Assembly: GCF_006345805.1 (NCBI RefSeq)
Contig: NC_042999.1
Location: 154,752,001-154,816,000 of the forward strand
DNA length: 64,000 bases
Direction of reading: 5' to 3'
Origin: Octopus sinensis
Taxonomy: Eukaryota
The notes under the pieces were generated by a model, which had not been told where the DNA came from, searched no databases, and was given only the letters and a program-made list of their open reading frames with translations. A program made the position numbers and the translations under genes. Positions 52,356-64,000 of this stretch are shown piece by piece (the stretch's first letter is position 1; every line of letters starts with the position of its first letter).

Positions 52356-52803
52356 TCTCTCTCTCTCTCATTCACTTCCACTTTCTCTGTGTGAGTGTCT
52401 GTCTGTTTGTCTATCTATCTGCCGTCAGTCTGAGCTCTGTCTGTCTCACTCCTCTCTCACACACTTTTACCCACTCTTTCTTTCCCTCGGACCCTCCCTC
52501 ATGTTCCCCTTTCTCTCTCTTCCCATTCTTCTTTTGTACTTTATGTTTATCAATAAATGCAGCAGGATGATGGTTGAACACGTGATGCAACACTAGTGGG
52601 AAGAAGTGGGTTGGAGACTGCCGCAATGGTAGTCAAGTTAGTAGTAGTAGTTGTAGTAGTAGTAATAGTAGTAGTGGTGGTGGTGGTGGTGGTGGTGGTG
52701 GTAATAGCGGTATTTAATATTAGTACAAGTAGTTACGGAAGTGGTGCTGATGGTGTTCTGTAGTAGTAATAGTAGTAGTAGCAGCAGCTGTAGCAGCAGC
52801 AGC

Positions 52804-52845
<42 letters not shown>

Positions 52846-53602
52846 TGGCAGCAGCAGCTGTTGTAGTAGTAGTTGTTATTGCTGCTGCTGTTGCTGTTAT
52901 TTAGCCCCAGGCTAGCCATGATCGATCCGAGCCAACCTACATTCCAGCCATGACGAACTATCCGATTTTTATATTTTCTGGAGGCAAAATGCTCTCAGGC
53001 GGCATCATCTAATATGACCTTCCCTTTCTCTAAGATAGCATAGGTTTGACTGCTATTTTTTGAAGTTCAAACGACCACGTGGGAGTAGATAGGAAGAAGT
53101 TCTGAGAGCAGGTGGAAGGCGAGATCGATAAGCCAAGGGGTTAAATACTTAACAGTGTCTAATTCTGTACCCCCAATAGAGGTACTTTTTGGTTATCTCA
53201 ACCCCATTAAAAAATTGGGTTATCTCCCCCCGTTTTATGAGAAATATCGGTACTTTTGGTTATCTCCCTTAACTAACCCTCAATAAAACCAAAAATTAAA
53301 AAATTAATTAATAAGCATGAAAAGTGAAAATAGGAAACGTATTGAATCTGATAATATTTTTATAACAAATCATACAAAACTGAACAGATTAATAAACATA
53401 AAAGCTGGAAAAAAAAATTAAATATCTTATCGAATCTCTTTTACTTGTTGCAGGCATTTGACTGTGGCCATGCTGGAGCACCGCCTTTAGTCGAGCAATT
53501 CGACCCCAGGACTTATTCTTTGTAAGTGTGTTTCTCTGTCCTAGGTGTCAGAATGGCACTCGGCAAGAAATGGAAACAAAATTGAAAGAAAATGGTAATG
53601 AA

Positions 53603-53639
<37 letters not shown>

Positions 53640-53641
<2 letters not shown>

Positions 53642-53935
53642 ATACCAGGAAACCCCAAAATGGCAGAAATTCAAAAGATAGTGCTCATGGGAACTGCTCA
53701 TATCCTACGCAAAATACTTTCTATGTAATCTCAAGGTTTAAAACAAACATAATTTTCGGTTTAAAAAAAAAAAAAAAAAACTTTTTTAGACATTCATTAG
53801 TACAACACCCCACCCCCCAAATATATGGCACACTAGGCATAACAACAACATGAACTTCCAACCCTGTTGTCTCTTGAGGTCTCTGGGTGAGACTTGGAGC
53901 CAACTTGTACAAATATAAAGCAAAAGTCAAACATA

Positions 53936-53940
<5 letters not shown>
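53640..53940 (+). mobile_element. 3' end of an RLE-type LINE between (AAT)n tracts
   Basis: EIQKIVLMGTAHILRKILSM* followed by 3'UTR. Confidence 0.75.
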
Positions 53941-53984
<44 letters not shown>

Positions 53985-54019
53985 TGATAATAATAATACT
54001 AGTAATATCAACAACAATA

Positions 54020-55780
54020 ATAATTGATTGGATGGAATAAAATTGATTGAAATTAACTGGATGGAATAAAATCCAAGCAGTTAATACGTGAGCGATAGCA
54101 TCACTTCGGTATGGAGCGGGAATTATAAAATGGCAAAAAAGAGATGTGAAGAAAATAGATATCAGACCAGAAAAATGTTGACAATACACAGAAATTTCTA
54201 CCCTATGGGTGACACCGATAGGCTGTACTTGTCCAGAATAAAGGGTGGGAAAAGTTTGATCAGTTGCCAGGACTGTATCGAAGCAGAGGAAAACAGCCTA
54301 GGGTGGTATATAAAAATGCCGTGGAGCCATTGTTGAAACACACGAAGAAGGCCGGCGACATCAAAACTGAAAATTGTGTAACTAAAGAAATATTTAAACA
54401 AGAAATGAACAAAAAGAAAAAAAAAAATGAAAAAGCATGGAGGGAAAAGAAAATGTACGGTCAGTTTGCAAGACAATTGAACGCCAAGACAAATGCAGAG
54501 GACCGGTGGGTATGGATGAGGAAGAGTGACCTGAAGATAAAGACGGAAGCACTCATATGCGCAGCTCAAGAACAAGCGTTAAGGACCAATTATATGAAGT
54601 GCAGAATAGACATTGCCGATAGCGACAAATGCAGAATGTGTAACAAGCAGGGTGAAACGGTATGGCACAGCGTTAGCGAATGCCCGAAATTGGCACAACG
54701 CGAATACAAAATACGACATGACAATGTGGTAAGAATGATCCATTGCGAGCTCTGTGAAAATTACGGCCTACAAAGAGCAAAGACGTGGTGTAAGAAAACT
54801 TTAGAAGGAGGCACCGAAAATGAGAATTGTAAAATCTTGTTGGATGCAATGACCCAGTGAGGTCACCCGACCAGACATCGGAAACCGGACATTGTTGTGG
54901 TGAATAAAAAAAGAAAGGACATGTATGATAATCGACATAGCATGCTTCGGTGACAACAGGGTCAATGTAAAAGAAGAAGAAAAAGAAAACAACTATGACG
55001 ATTTAAAGTGGGAAATACGAAGGTTGTGGTCAATGAAGAGAGTAGACGTGATACCAATAGTAATTGGTGCACTTGGAAGTATCAGCACTCAACTACCAAC
55101 ATGGCTGAAAAAAATTGCTGCAAGGGTGAAGGTAGGACACCTACAAAAATCAGAGAATTGCGTTGCAATTAGACAATTGCCTAAAAATTGGTGCAAGGGT
55201 GAAGGTAGGACACCTACAAAAATCAGAGAATTGCGTTGCAATTAGACAATTGCCTACAGAGCGGCACAGTTCCAGAGTGGATGGTAAAAGGAAGAACAAC
55301 ATTGTTAATGAAAGATCGATCAAAAGGCAGTGAGGTTGGCAATTACCGACCTGTTGCCTATCTCAACCTCCTATGGAAAGTATTTACAGCTATCCTCACG
55401 CGGAAGATATATATGTTACTTGAGGAAAGAAATCTACTGTCAGTAGAACAAAAGGGACGCCGAAAAGGATCCAAGGGCACCAAGGACCAACTTGTGATAG
55501 ACAAGGTTATAATGAAGAACTTTAAACGGTACCAAAAATAAAAAAAAACACTTATGCATGGCCTGGATAGACTTCAAAAAGGCTTACGACATGTTGCTGC
55601 ATTCGTGGATTTCGGAAACACTTGACATGTGTGGAATAGCTGAGAATGTGTGTGCACTGATTAAGAACTGTGTGCCTAGTAGGAAAACACGCCTTCCCTG
55701 TAACAACCAGCACTTAGCCGTGGTAACAATCAAGCGAAGTATCTTCCAAGGAGACTTTTGTTCACCTCTGTTTTGATTTC
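54020..55780 (+). mobile_element. RLE-type (R4/Dong-like) LINE remnant with C-terminal half placed before the RT N-terminal half
   Basis: CRMCNKQGETVWHSVSEC, RHDNVV and KPDIVV..IIDIAC, then NYRP, WIDFKKAYD and IFQGD..SPL. Confidence 0.88.
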
Positions 55781-56052
55781 AAGAGAAGTTTAAGGCGTAC
55801 ACTTCGAGCCGCCGAATTCCATCCCTTTATCCTTGCTGCACATTTGCACAGTCTCATCGAGCCTCTCCATTTCAGGCTCTGTTTTTGCGAACAGTTTAAA
55901 AACATCCATGAAGAGAAGGTAGTTGAGTTGAGACAAGATCCATTCTTTCTCAGCTCAAAGTGCTACGCGTTGACTTTGCATAGGACTACAGAAAGTGGGA
56001 TCAAGGCTATAACAAATAACAGTAGTTGTAGTAGTAGTAATAGTAGTAGTAT

Positions 56053-56091
<39 letters not shown>

Positions 56092-56170
56092 CAGCAGCAG
56101 CAACGGCGGCGGCGGCAGTAGTGGTGGTGGTGGTGGCGGCAGTAGTGGTGGTGGTGGTGGTGGCGGTGGC

Positions 56171-56214
<44 letters not shown>

Positions 56215-56215
<1 letters not shown>

Positions 56216-56660
56216 TATTCCGCTACTGCACAGCACTTGTTGCTGTTGATGTAATTCCGGATACCAATGGACTGAGATGGCATCTTCAAGTGTCAAGTAT
56301 TTTTCTGGATATTCTAACAATTCCAGCTGTTCCACGAATTGTCGTTTTCTGTAAGGGCTACATCCTGATGTTCCCGATTCTTTAAAAAAAAATAGTTTTC
56401 AATTCTGCTGCTCGCAGTACGAAGTGCCTTGACCACAACTGGGACCACCTCAACCTTTTCCATCGCACACAAATCTTTTATCTCACATGCTTGCAGTTCA
56501 TATCTCTCGATCTTTGTATAAGGTTTGTGACAATTCTTTGTCACAAACCTTATAGTCGGTTGCACAAACCACATCTAGAATCAGACACTGTTGACTCTGT
56601 TAATCTGGTTTGTGGTGTTCAGTTTCATGATCACATTGTTCTACAAAGCTCCATAAGATC
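56215..56660 (-). mobile_element. RLE-type LINE 3' fragment ending in (TAC)n
   Basis: PDLM..DVV..KKIERYELQACEIK..VVPVVVKAL remnants. Confidence 0.75.
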
Positions 56661-56671
56661 CTGGCATACTC

Positions 56672-56880
56672 CTTTACTCTTTTTACTGGTTTCAGTCATT
56701 TGACTGTGGCCATGCTGGAGCACCGCCTTTAGTCGAGCAAATCGACCCCAGGACTTATTCGTTGTAAGCCTAGTACTTATTCTATCGGTCTCTTTTGCCG
56801 AACCGCTAAGTTACGGGGACATAAACACACCAGCATCGGTTGTCAAGCGATGTATGGGGGGACAAACACAGACACACAAG

Positions 56881-56959
<79 letters not shown>

Positions 56960-57515
56960 GGCAGTTTGTCTGTGCGTGTTTCTGTGTGTCTGTTTGCTTG
57001 TACCCTCACCCTGACCACGGCTTTCAACCGATTCTGATGAAACTTGACACACACATAGCCCAATGTCATAATTCAAAACTAACGCAGCGAAAATTTTGAA
57101 AAGTTCCCCCAGTTCTGAAAAAAATCGATAAATTCGTCATGGGGTCGAGAATCAGAAACACAAACCGCAAACTGTCTAGGGGACGCAACTCCACCTTTTT
57201 TTACTCTCAAAAAAAATTTACCATCATTTTTTTCCATTTTTTTGCTATTTTTTGGCTATAACTCTCTCAAAATGCTTTATAGTTATTTCCCTTACAAACC
57301 TGAGCAACGCCGGGCGATACTGCTAGTGTATATATATACATATATATATATACGACGGGCTTCTTTCAGTTTCCGTCTACCAAATCCACTCACAAGGCTT
57401 TGGTCGGCCTGAGGTTATAGTAGAAGACACTTGTCCAAGGTGCCACGCAGTGGGGCTGAACCCGGAACCATGTGGCTCGTAAGCAAGCTACTTACCACAC
57501 AGCCACTCCTACGCG
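56672..57515 (-). mobile_element. Full SINE A interrupted by a Helitron in its internal microsatellite
   Basis: 3' half at 56672-56880; head at 57350-57515. Confidence 0.88.
56951..57326 (+). mobile_element. Non-autonomous Helitron
   Basis: Ends CCTGAGCAACGCCGGGCGATACTGCTAG|T, the same terminus as 9270-9297. Confidence 0.8.
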
Positions 57516-57529
57516 TATGGTCATGGTCA

Positions 57530-58050
57530 TTTTCTACAACGCCTTCTGGTTTGACCTTATGCCATTGGCCTGCTTTTTCATGATCATATTTACTGCATAA
57601 CTCCTAATGAACGATTTTCGACACGTTACCATGGCGTCGCTTGGGTATTTTCTGCGTCAGCTTTGTGCACCAGCTGGCGTTATTTTAGAGCGATGTTAGA
57701 GATTTGACCTACATATTTGTTTTCTCTTGATATTATTCCAAGTGCTCCAATAATAATAGGTTGTTTTGAGACGCCACATTCTTCTTACTATATTCTCTCC
57801 GTCCTTATATTTGCCCAATTTCTCAAACGTTTTCAGTGACGTAATTTTGTCAGCTGGAACTGAAGCATCAATCAGGTGAGTCTCTTCTATGTGATTTTCA
57901 CAATGAGATTTGATCGGTTTGTCTATATTTTCCGATCAGTCTGATCTCTGAAACTCCAAAGGATGGTAACCTCGGCCTTCGTGCTTGTGTTTCCACCAAT
58001 TATTTTCGTGAGAGAGGTCGTATGTGCGGCATATTGACCAGTGTATGTAC
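57530..58050 (-). mobile_element. Degenerate RLE-type LINE fragment
   Basis: VTILWSF..QTDRKI and PIIIGALG remnants. Confidence 0.7.
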
Positions 58051-58067
58051 TGAACTACTTTGTCATA

Positions 58068-58988
58068 TTTCTTTATTGCCCACAAGGCGCTAAACATAGA
58101 TGGGACAAACAAGGACAGACAAACGGATTAAGTCGATTACATCGACCCCAGTGCGTAACTGGTACTTAATTTATCGAACCCGAAAGATGAAAGGCAAAGT
58201 CGACCTAGGCCGAATTTGAACTCGGAACGTAATGGTAGACGAAATACCTGTTTCTTTATTGCCCACAAGGGGCTAAACATAGAGGGGACAAACAAGGACA
58301 GACACACGGATTAAGTCGATTACATCGACCCCAGTGCGTAACTGATACTTAATTTATCGACCCCGAAAGGATGAAAGGCAAAGTCGACATCGGCGGAATT
58401 TGAACTCAGAACGTAACGGAAGACGAAAACCGTCATTGGTCATGGAGCTGACCACACAGGAAATCAAAGTGGTAGGAATTATAATGAAGGAATATCAAAA
58501 AGTAACGGATACAAGCATTAACAAGAACAAGTTAGAGACTTGGCAACTCAGTACCATTCAAGTGAGTCATACTGGCCGGCAGCGATAGCGTCGACTGTCG
58601 ATGAGTCGACGGTCTAGCACACCGGGCGAAATGCTTAGCGGTATTTCGTCTGCCGCTACGTTCTGAGTTCAAATTCCGCCGACTTTGCTTTTCATCCTTT
58701 CAGGGTCGATAAATTAAGTACCAGTTACGCACTGGGGTCGATATAATCGACTTAATCCGTTTGTCTGTCCTTGTTTGTCCCTTCTGTGTTTAGCCCCTTG
58801 TGGGTAGTAAAGAAATAGGTATTTCGCCTGCCGCAACGTTCTGAGTTCAAATTCCGCCGAGGTCGACTTTGCCTTTCATCCTTTCGGGGTCGATTAAATA
58901 AGTACCAGTTACGCACTGGGAGTCGATATAATCGACTTAATCCGTTTGTCCTCTCTGTGTTTGCTCCTTGTGGGTAGTAAAGAAATAG
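58068..58988. mobile_element. Two SINE B dimers in inverted, head-to-head arrangement
   Basis: Minus dimer at 58068-58430, plus dimer at 58614-58988. Confidence 0.85.
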
Positions 58989-59720
58989 GTCCTACTAAGG
59001 TTCATGTGGTATGATTCAGTTCGGCTCTCCAAACAGATAGGAACTGGTACGAGGTTTCAAACAGGGTGGCGAGTCTCACTGTGAAACGGGCTGAAAGGTC
59101 GGGTAGAAGTGACGAATTGCAACATCCCCATTCACTATTACTGCTTGACTGTCGCACCTTGTTCTACTCCGTTTCTGATCAGATTGGAGAGTGCGTTCTT
59201 TCGTTGTTTATGGAGGGGCTTATTCCACTGTTTAGAAAGGGAATATGTATTGTTGGTTCAACATAAACTCAACAGGTACAGACATACTGTCAGCTGGGTC
59301 AGATGCGCATCAACCAACAAAACGATTCTGCATTTATTCATACACTGACCGAACATTATTGACTTGTGGAGTAAATATTAAACAGCTATGGTCGCATGTA
59401 GGAAGGATTTAGCTGTTAGCCGGGTCTGTTGTTCATAGCAGGTTTGTGCTGAGAACAAAATTGAAATGATCGAGGATAGACACATTTCTCGTCGGTCAGG
59501 TCCTCAGTAATTTCTCCAAGTTCTACTTAGAGAGATGAAGTCAGTGAGGAGATAGCGTGCGGTCCTTCAGCGAACTTGCTGAAAAGTAGATGGGAGGGGC
59601 GAATATGGCCCGAGTAAAAGGGTTATTTCAGCATGTACCTGTAGGCTAGAGACAACAGCTAGAAGAGTGAAGGTGATCCAGGGTCTGTGAGGATCTCTGT
59701 TACCAGATGGCTGGCCCTTT
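58432..59720 (+). mobile_element. Tx1/L1-clade RT-region remnant split by the SINE B dimer
   Basis: EYQKVTDTSINKNK; RNWYEV..LTV..RAE; TPFLIRLESAFFRCLWRG. Confidence 0.65.
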
Positions 59721-60191
59721 AGTGGGTCCTTTAATATAATTTATATTGATATTTTTCATGCTTTGTTCACATCATTCTTGTGTACACAACCAGTAAAGAG
59801 CAATACTTCTCAGCTCCTCCTTTCACCAAATCCTATTTTCTTATATTGTCTAACACAACGTGTGCTTCATTTTAGATGTGTAAACCACAGTCACGCTACG
59901 TTAATATTTTTTTTATATAGAAATTAATAAAGGAGAAGATTTATATAAAATAACTGGACCGTGACACATAACCAATAACGTCTCGGTTCACTATTCACAC
60001 AATACCGATGTATTTATTCTAATACTAACAAAAGATTTTTGTGAAAACGTGTTAAAGTTATAAGTATAGTACATCTACTATAATAATACTCTTGTGTTTT
60101 TTCCGTCACTACATATGAATGAGAAAAGAAGGCGTGACAGATGAATAAGGAAAGAAGGGGTGATGGCAAACTGGAGCATTTCAACTCTGTG

Positions 60192-60875
60192 TGAGTGTAG
60201 TGGGTGCTTTTTACGTGCCACCGGCACGGGAGCCAGTCAGGCGGCACTGGAATCGACTACGTTCGGATGATGCTTTTTACGTGTCACCGGCACAGGAGCC
60301 AGGCGGGGCGAGGCGGGGCGAGGCGGGGCGAGGCGGGCGGAGGTGCTGGCATCGACCACGTTCGGATAGGGCTTTTTACGTGCCACCGGCACGGGAGCCA
60401 GTCAGGCGGCACTGGCATCGTCCACGTTCGGATGGTGCTTTTTACGTGCCACCGGCACAGGAGCCAGGCGAGGTGGGAGGGGGTACTGGCATCGACCACG
60501 TTCGGATAGTGCTTTTTACGTGCCACCGGCACGGGGAGCCAATCAAGCGGCACTGGCAACGACCCACGCATGAATGGTGCTTATTGCGTGCCACCAGCAC
60601 GAGAGCCAGTCAGGCGGCACTGGAATCGACTACGTTCGGATGGTGCTTTTTACGTGCCACCGGCACAGGAGCCAGGCGGGGCGAGAGGGAGGGGGCTGGC
60701 ATCGACCACGTCCGGATAGCGCTTTTTACGTCCCACTGGCACGGGGAGCCAATCATGTAGCACTGGCAACGACCCACGCATGAATGGTGCTTATTGCGTG
60801 CCACCAGCACGAGAGCCAGTCAGGCGGGACTGGCATCGACTACAACTACAATTCCCATTTGATTGTGATTTGATT
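60192..60875 (-). repeat. RTE 3'UTR-derived minisatellite (~62-75-bp units) with higher-order structure
   Basis: Nine units sharing GCTTTTTACGTGCCACCGGCAC. Confidence 0.9.
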
Positions 60876-60944
60876 TCTCCTGAAGATTTAAGATCTATGG
60901 AACCCATATTTGTGGACACAGACTAAAGAAGATAGAGCTTTGCG

Positions 60945-61620
60945 ATATTTCGTCCGGCGTGTTAACGATTCTGCCTGCTTACCACCTTAATAATAATAAT
61001 AATAATAACAATAATTACAAGGCCTGAAATTTGGGCGAGGGAGATAGTCGATTCGATCGACCCCAGTGTTTCACCGGTACTTAATTTATCGATCCCGAAA
61101 GGATGAAAGGCAAAGTTGACCTCGGTGGAATTTGAACTCAGAACGTAGCGACAGGCGAAATACTACTAAGCATTTCGCCCAGCATGCTAACAATTCTGTC
61201 AGCTCACCGCCCTAATAATAATAATAATAATAATCATTCTTTCTACTATAGGCACAAGGACTCAATTTTTGGGGGAGGGGACCAGTCGATTACATCGACT
61301 CCAGTGTTTCACTGGTACTTAATTTATCGACCCTGAGAAGTTGAAAGGCAAAGTTGACCTCAGCGGAATTTGAACTCAGAATGTAGCGAGAGACGAAATA
61401 CCTATTTCTTTACTACCCGCAAGGAAGACAAACAAAAACGGACAAACGGATTAAGTCGATTACATCGACCCCAGTGCGTAACTGGTACTTAATTTATCGA
61501 CCCTGAAAGGATGAAAGGCAAAGTCGACCTTGGCGGTATTTGAACTCACAACGTAACGGCAGACGAAATACCGCTAAGCATTTCGTCCGGCTTGCTCACA
61601 TTTCTGCCAACTCACACCCT
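60945..61620 (-). mobile_element. Chain of SINE B copies, both tail variants
   Basis: Direct match. Confidence 0.85.
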
Positions 61621-61859
61621 TCTTAAAAACAATAATGATGAAGGTGAGTGTGTGTGCACACATTTGTGTGTACCCATGTGACGGTCGCAAATGCGCTCCA
61701 GTGTAATCCAAGCACGGTTGTTCATTTCCAGTCTTCCGTGAAAAAACGTCTGGCTGCGGTGAAATACCGCGCTTGGATGCAGATGATGGTTGGTGACTGG
61801 GAAAGTATCCGACTGTAGAAAATTTGCCTCGTGCAAGCATGGAAAAAGTGGACATTAAA

Positions 61860-62095
61860 TGAATGATGATGATGATGGTGGTGGCGATGATGGTGGTGAA
61901 GGTGGTGATGGTGGTGATGGTGGTGATGATGATGGTGGTGGTGATGGTGATGATGATGATGGTGGTGGTGATGGTGATGATGATGATGATGATGGTGATG
62001 GTGGAGATGATGGTGATGATGGTGGTGATGGTGGTGATGATGGTAGTGCTGATGGTGGTGATGGTGATGGTGATGATGATGATGATGATGACTAA
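61860..62095. repeat. Compound (GAT/GGT)n repeat extending an RTE-type tail
   Basis: Follows ...GTGGACATTAAATGAATGATG. Confidence 0.92.
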
Positions 62096-62501
62096 TTTCC
62101 TTCAGTTCCTGTCAGCCAGTGTCACTCAAACTTTGGCCATACTGAAAGACACAGTATGGACAACGCGTCGAAGAGGAAGTGAGACAGGTAAATTCATCTC
62201 CGGACGCGGGTTGATTAGTTTTTTTCAATTATCACCTGCGGAGTAAGATCCGTCTGGAGAGGAAGTCTCTGTCTCAAGATATGTTTCAAAACAGATGGAC
62301 GCATGTAGTAAGAATGATGCAAGTGGAAGGTGTCGAGCTGGTGTAGCCAGTTCTGGGGGAAAAAGAAAAAAATAACGGAAAAAAAAAGTTATGAAAACAG
62401 CCGGCGGGTTGATTAGAACCCCGCACCCGTTTTTTTTATATTACTTCGATTTTCCGATTTTTATTCATCCGACTTCTATTTTATGTATATTCTATAGTGG
62501 A

Positions 62502-62881
62502 GGCGCAATGGCCCAGTGGTTAGGGCAGCGGACTCGCGGTCGGAGGATCGCGGTTTCGATTCCCAGACCGGGCATTGTGAGTGTTTATTGAGCGAAAACA
62601 CCTAAAGTTCCACGAGGCTCCGGTAGGGGATGGTGGTGATCCCTGCTGTACTCTTTCACCACAACTTTCTCTCACTCTTACTTCCTGTTTCTGTTGTACC
62701 TGTATTTCAAAGGGCCGGCCTTGTCACTCTCTGTGTGTCAGGCTGAATATCCCCGAGAACTACGTTAAGGGTACACGTGTCTGTGGAGTGCTCAGCCACT
62801 TACACGTTAATTTCACGAGCAGGCTGTTCCGTTGATTCGGATCAACCGGAACCCTCATCGTCGTAACCGACGGAGTGCTTC
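62502..62881 (+). mobile_element. SINE family C variant (GGCGCAATGGCCCAGTGG head)
   Basis: tRNA-like head, GGTTTCGATTCC B box, shared tail. Confidence 0.85.
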
Positions 62882-63124
62882 CATATAATAAAACGATTTC
62901 ATTGTAACAAACTCTATGTGTTGTGGTGTCCATATTCGTCCCTTCTATGTTCGTCTTGTATAGACAAATAAAGACATCAGTGTCACTTAAACTTTGAACC
63001 TGAAACAGCATGGGTGGAATGCAAACTTCTTAACCGTTCAGCCACGTCCGCTCTTATTGAAATAGGAAATGGCACACATATTGTTTTTTATGTTGAAATG
63101 TGTCTTTTTTTATTCTTTTATTTA

Positions 63125-63620
<496 letters not shown>

Positions 63621-63630
63621 TGACACCGCC

Positions 63631-64000
63631 GGCAACAACGTACACCTCACCTCGATACTCCTACTGAACATCAGAGGACTGCAAACACTCAGTAACAGGA
63701 CAAAGATCCCGTTCCTGAGAGACTTTGTTGCATGCAATCAAGCCATATGCATAGCACTTACAGAAACGCACCTGAAACCGGACATAGCAGATGCGGAGTT
63801 ACACATACCACAGTATGCTGTACTACGGACCGACAGGAAAGAAAGGAGTCATGGAGGTGTTGCTATGTACATCCGTGAGGACCTCACACCCCAGGTCCTC
63901 TTGTCATACTCAAACTCGGTGTGTGACACACTAATTGTACATATTAAGCAACTTGATGTAGTTGTGTGTGCTACATATCGCCCTCCAGATGCCCCAAGCC
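63631..64000 (+). mobile_element. CR1-clade LINE ORF2 N-terminus (AP endonuclease), open to the window edge
   Basis: 123 stop-free codons: [37 protein letters not shown]. Confidence 0.88.

Noticed and set aside
60191-60783. 189-aa ORF and overlapping ORFs
   Set aside because: Open frames produced by GC-rich tandem units of an RTE 3'UTR
61859-62246. Asp/Gly-rich and Met/Val-rich ORFs
   Set aside because: Compound trinucleotide repeat grown from a retroelement tail; no splice or codon support

Overview
Eukaryotic, AT-rich, microsatellite-dense genomic DNA. The SINE and LINE content points to an octopod cephalopod (Octopus-like); that assignment is inferred from repeat families, not from a database search. 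One host gene is supported: the first three coding exons of a divergent SLC2A13/HMIT-like sugar porter on the minus strand (16736-16274, 5904-5745, 4399-4209). The splice sites are GT-AG, the phases are compatible (1, 2, 1), and the gene continues beyond the left edge. Its TM1 proton-coupling Asp is replaced by Gln. The remainder is a dense nested patchwork of mobile DNA: three tRNA-headed SINE families, RTE, R4/Dong-like, Tx1/L1 and CR1 LINE remnants (one CR1 endonuclease frame is open to the right edge), non-autonomous Helitrons, TA-, hAT- and foldback-type MITEs, and two Penelope-like repeats carrying near-canonical minimal hammerhead ribozymes. Most ORFs in the supplied track are microsatellite or SINE artefacts. 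Coordinates of repeat boundaries are manual estimates, good to about 10-30 bp unless a TSD or terminus is quoted.
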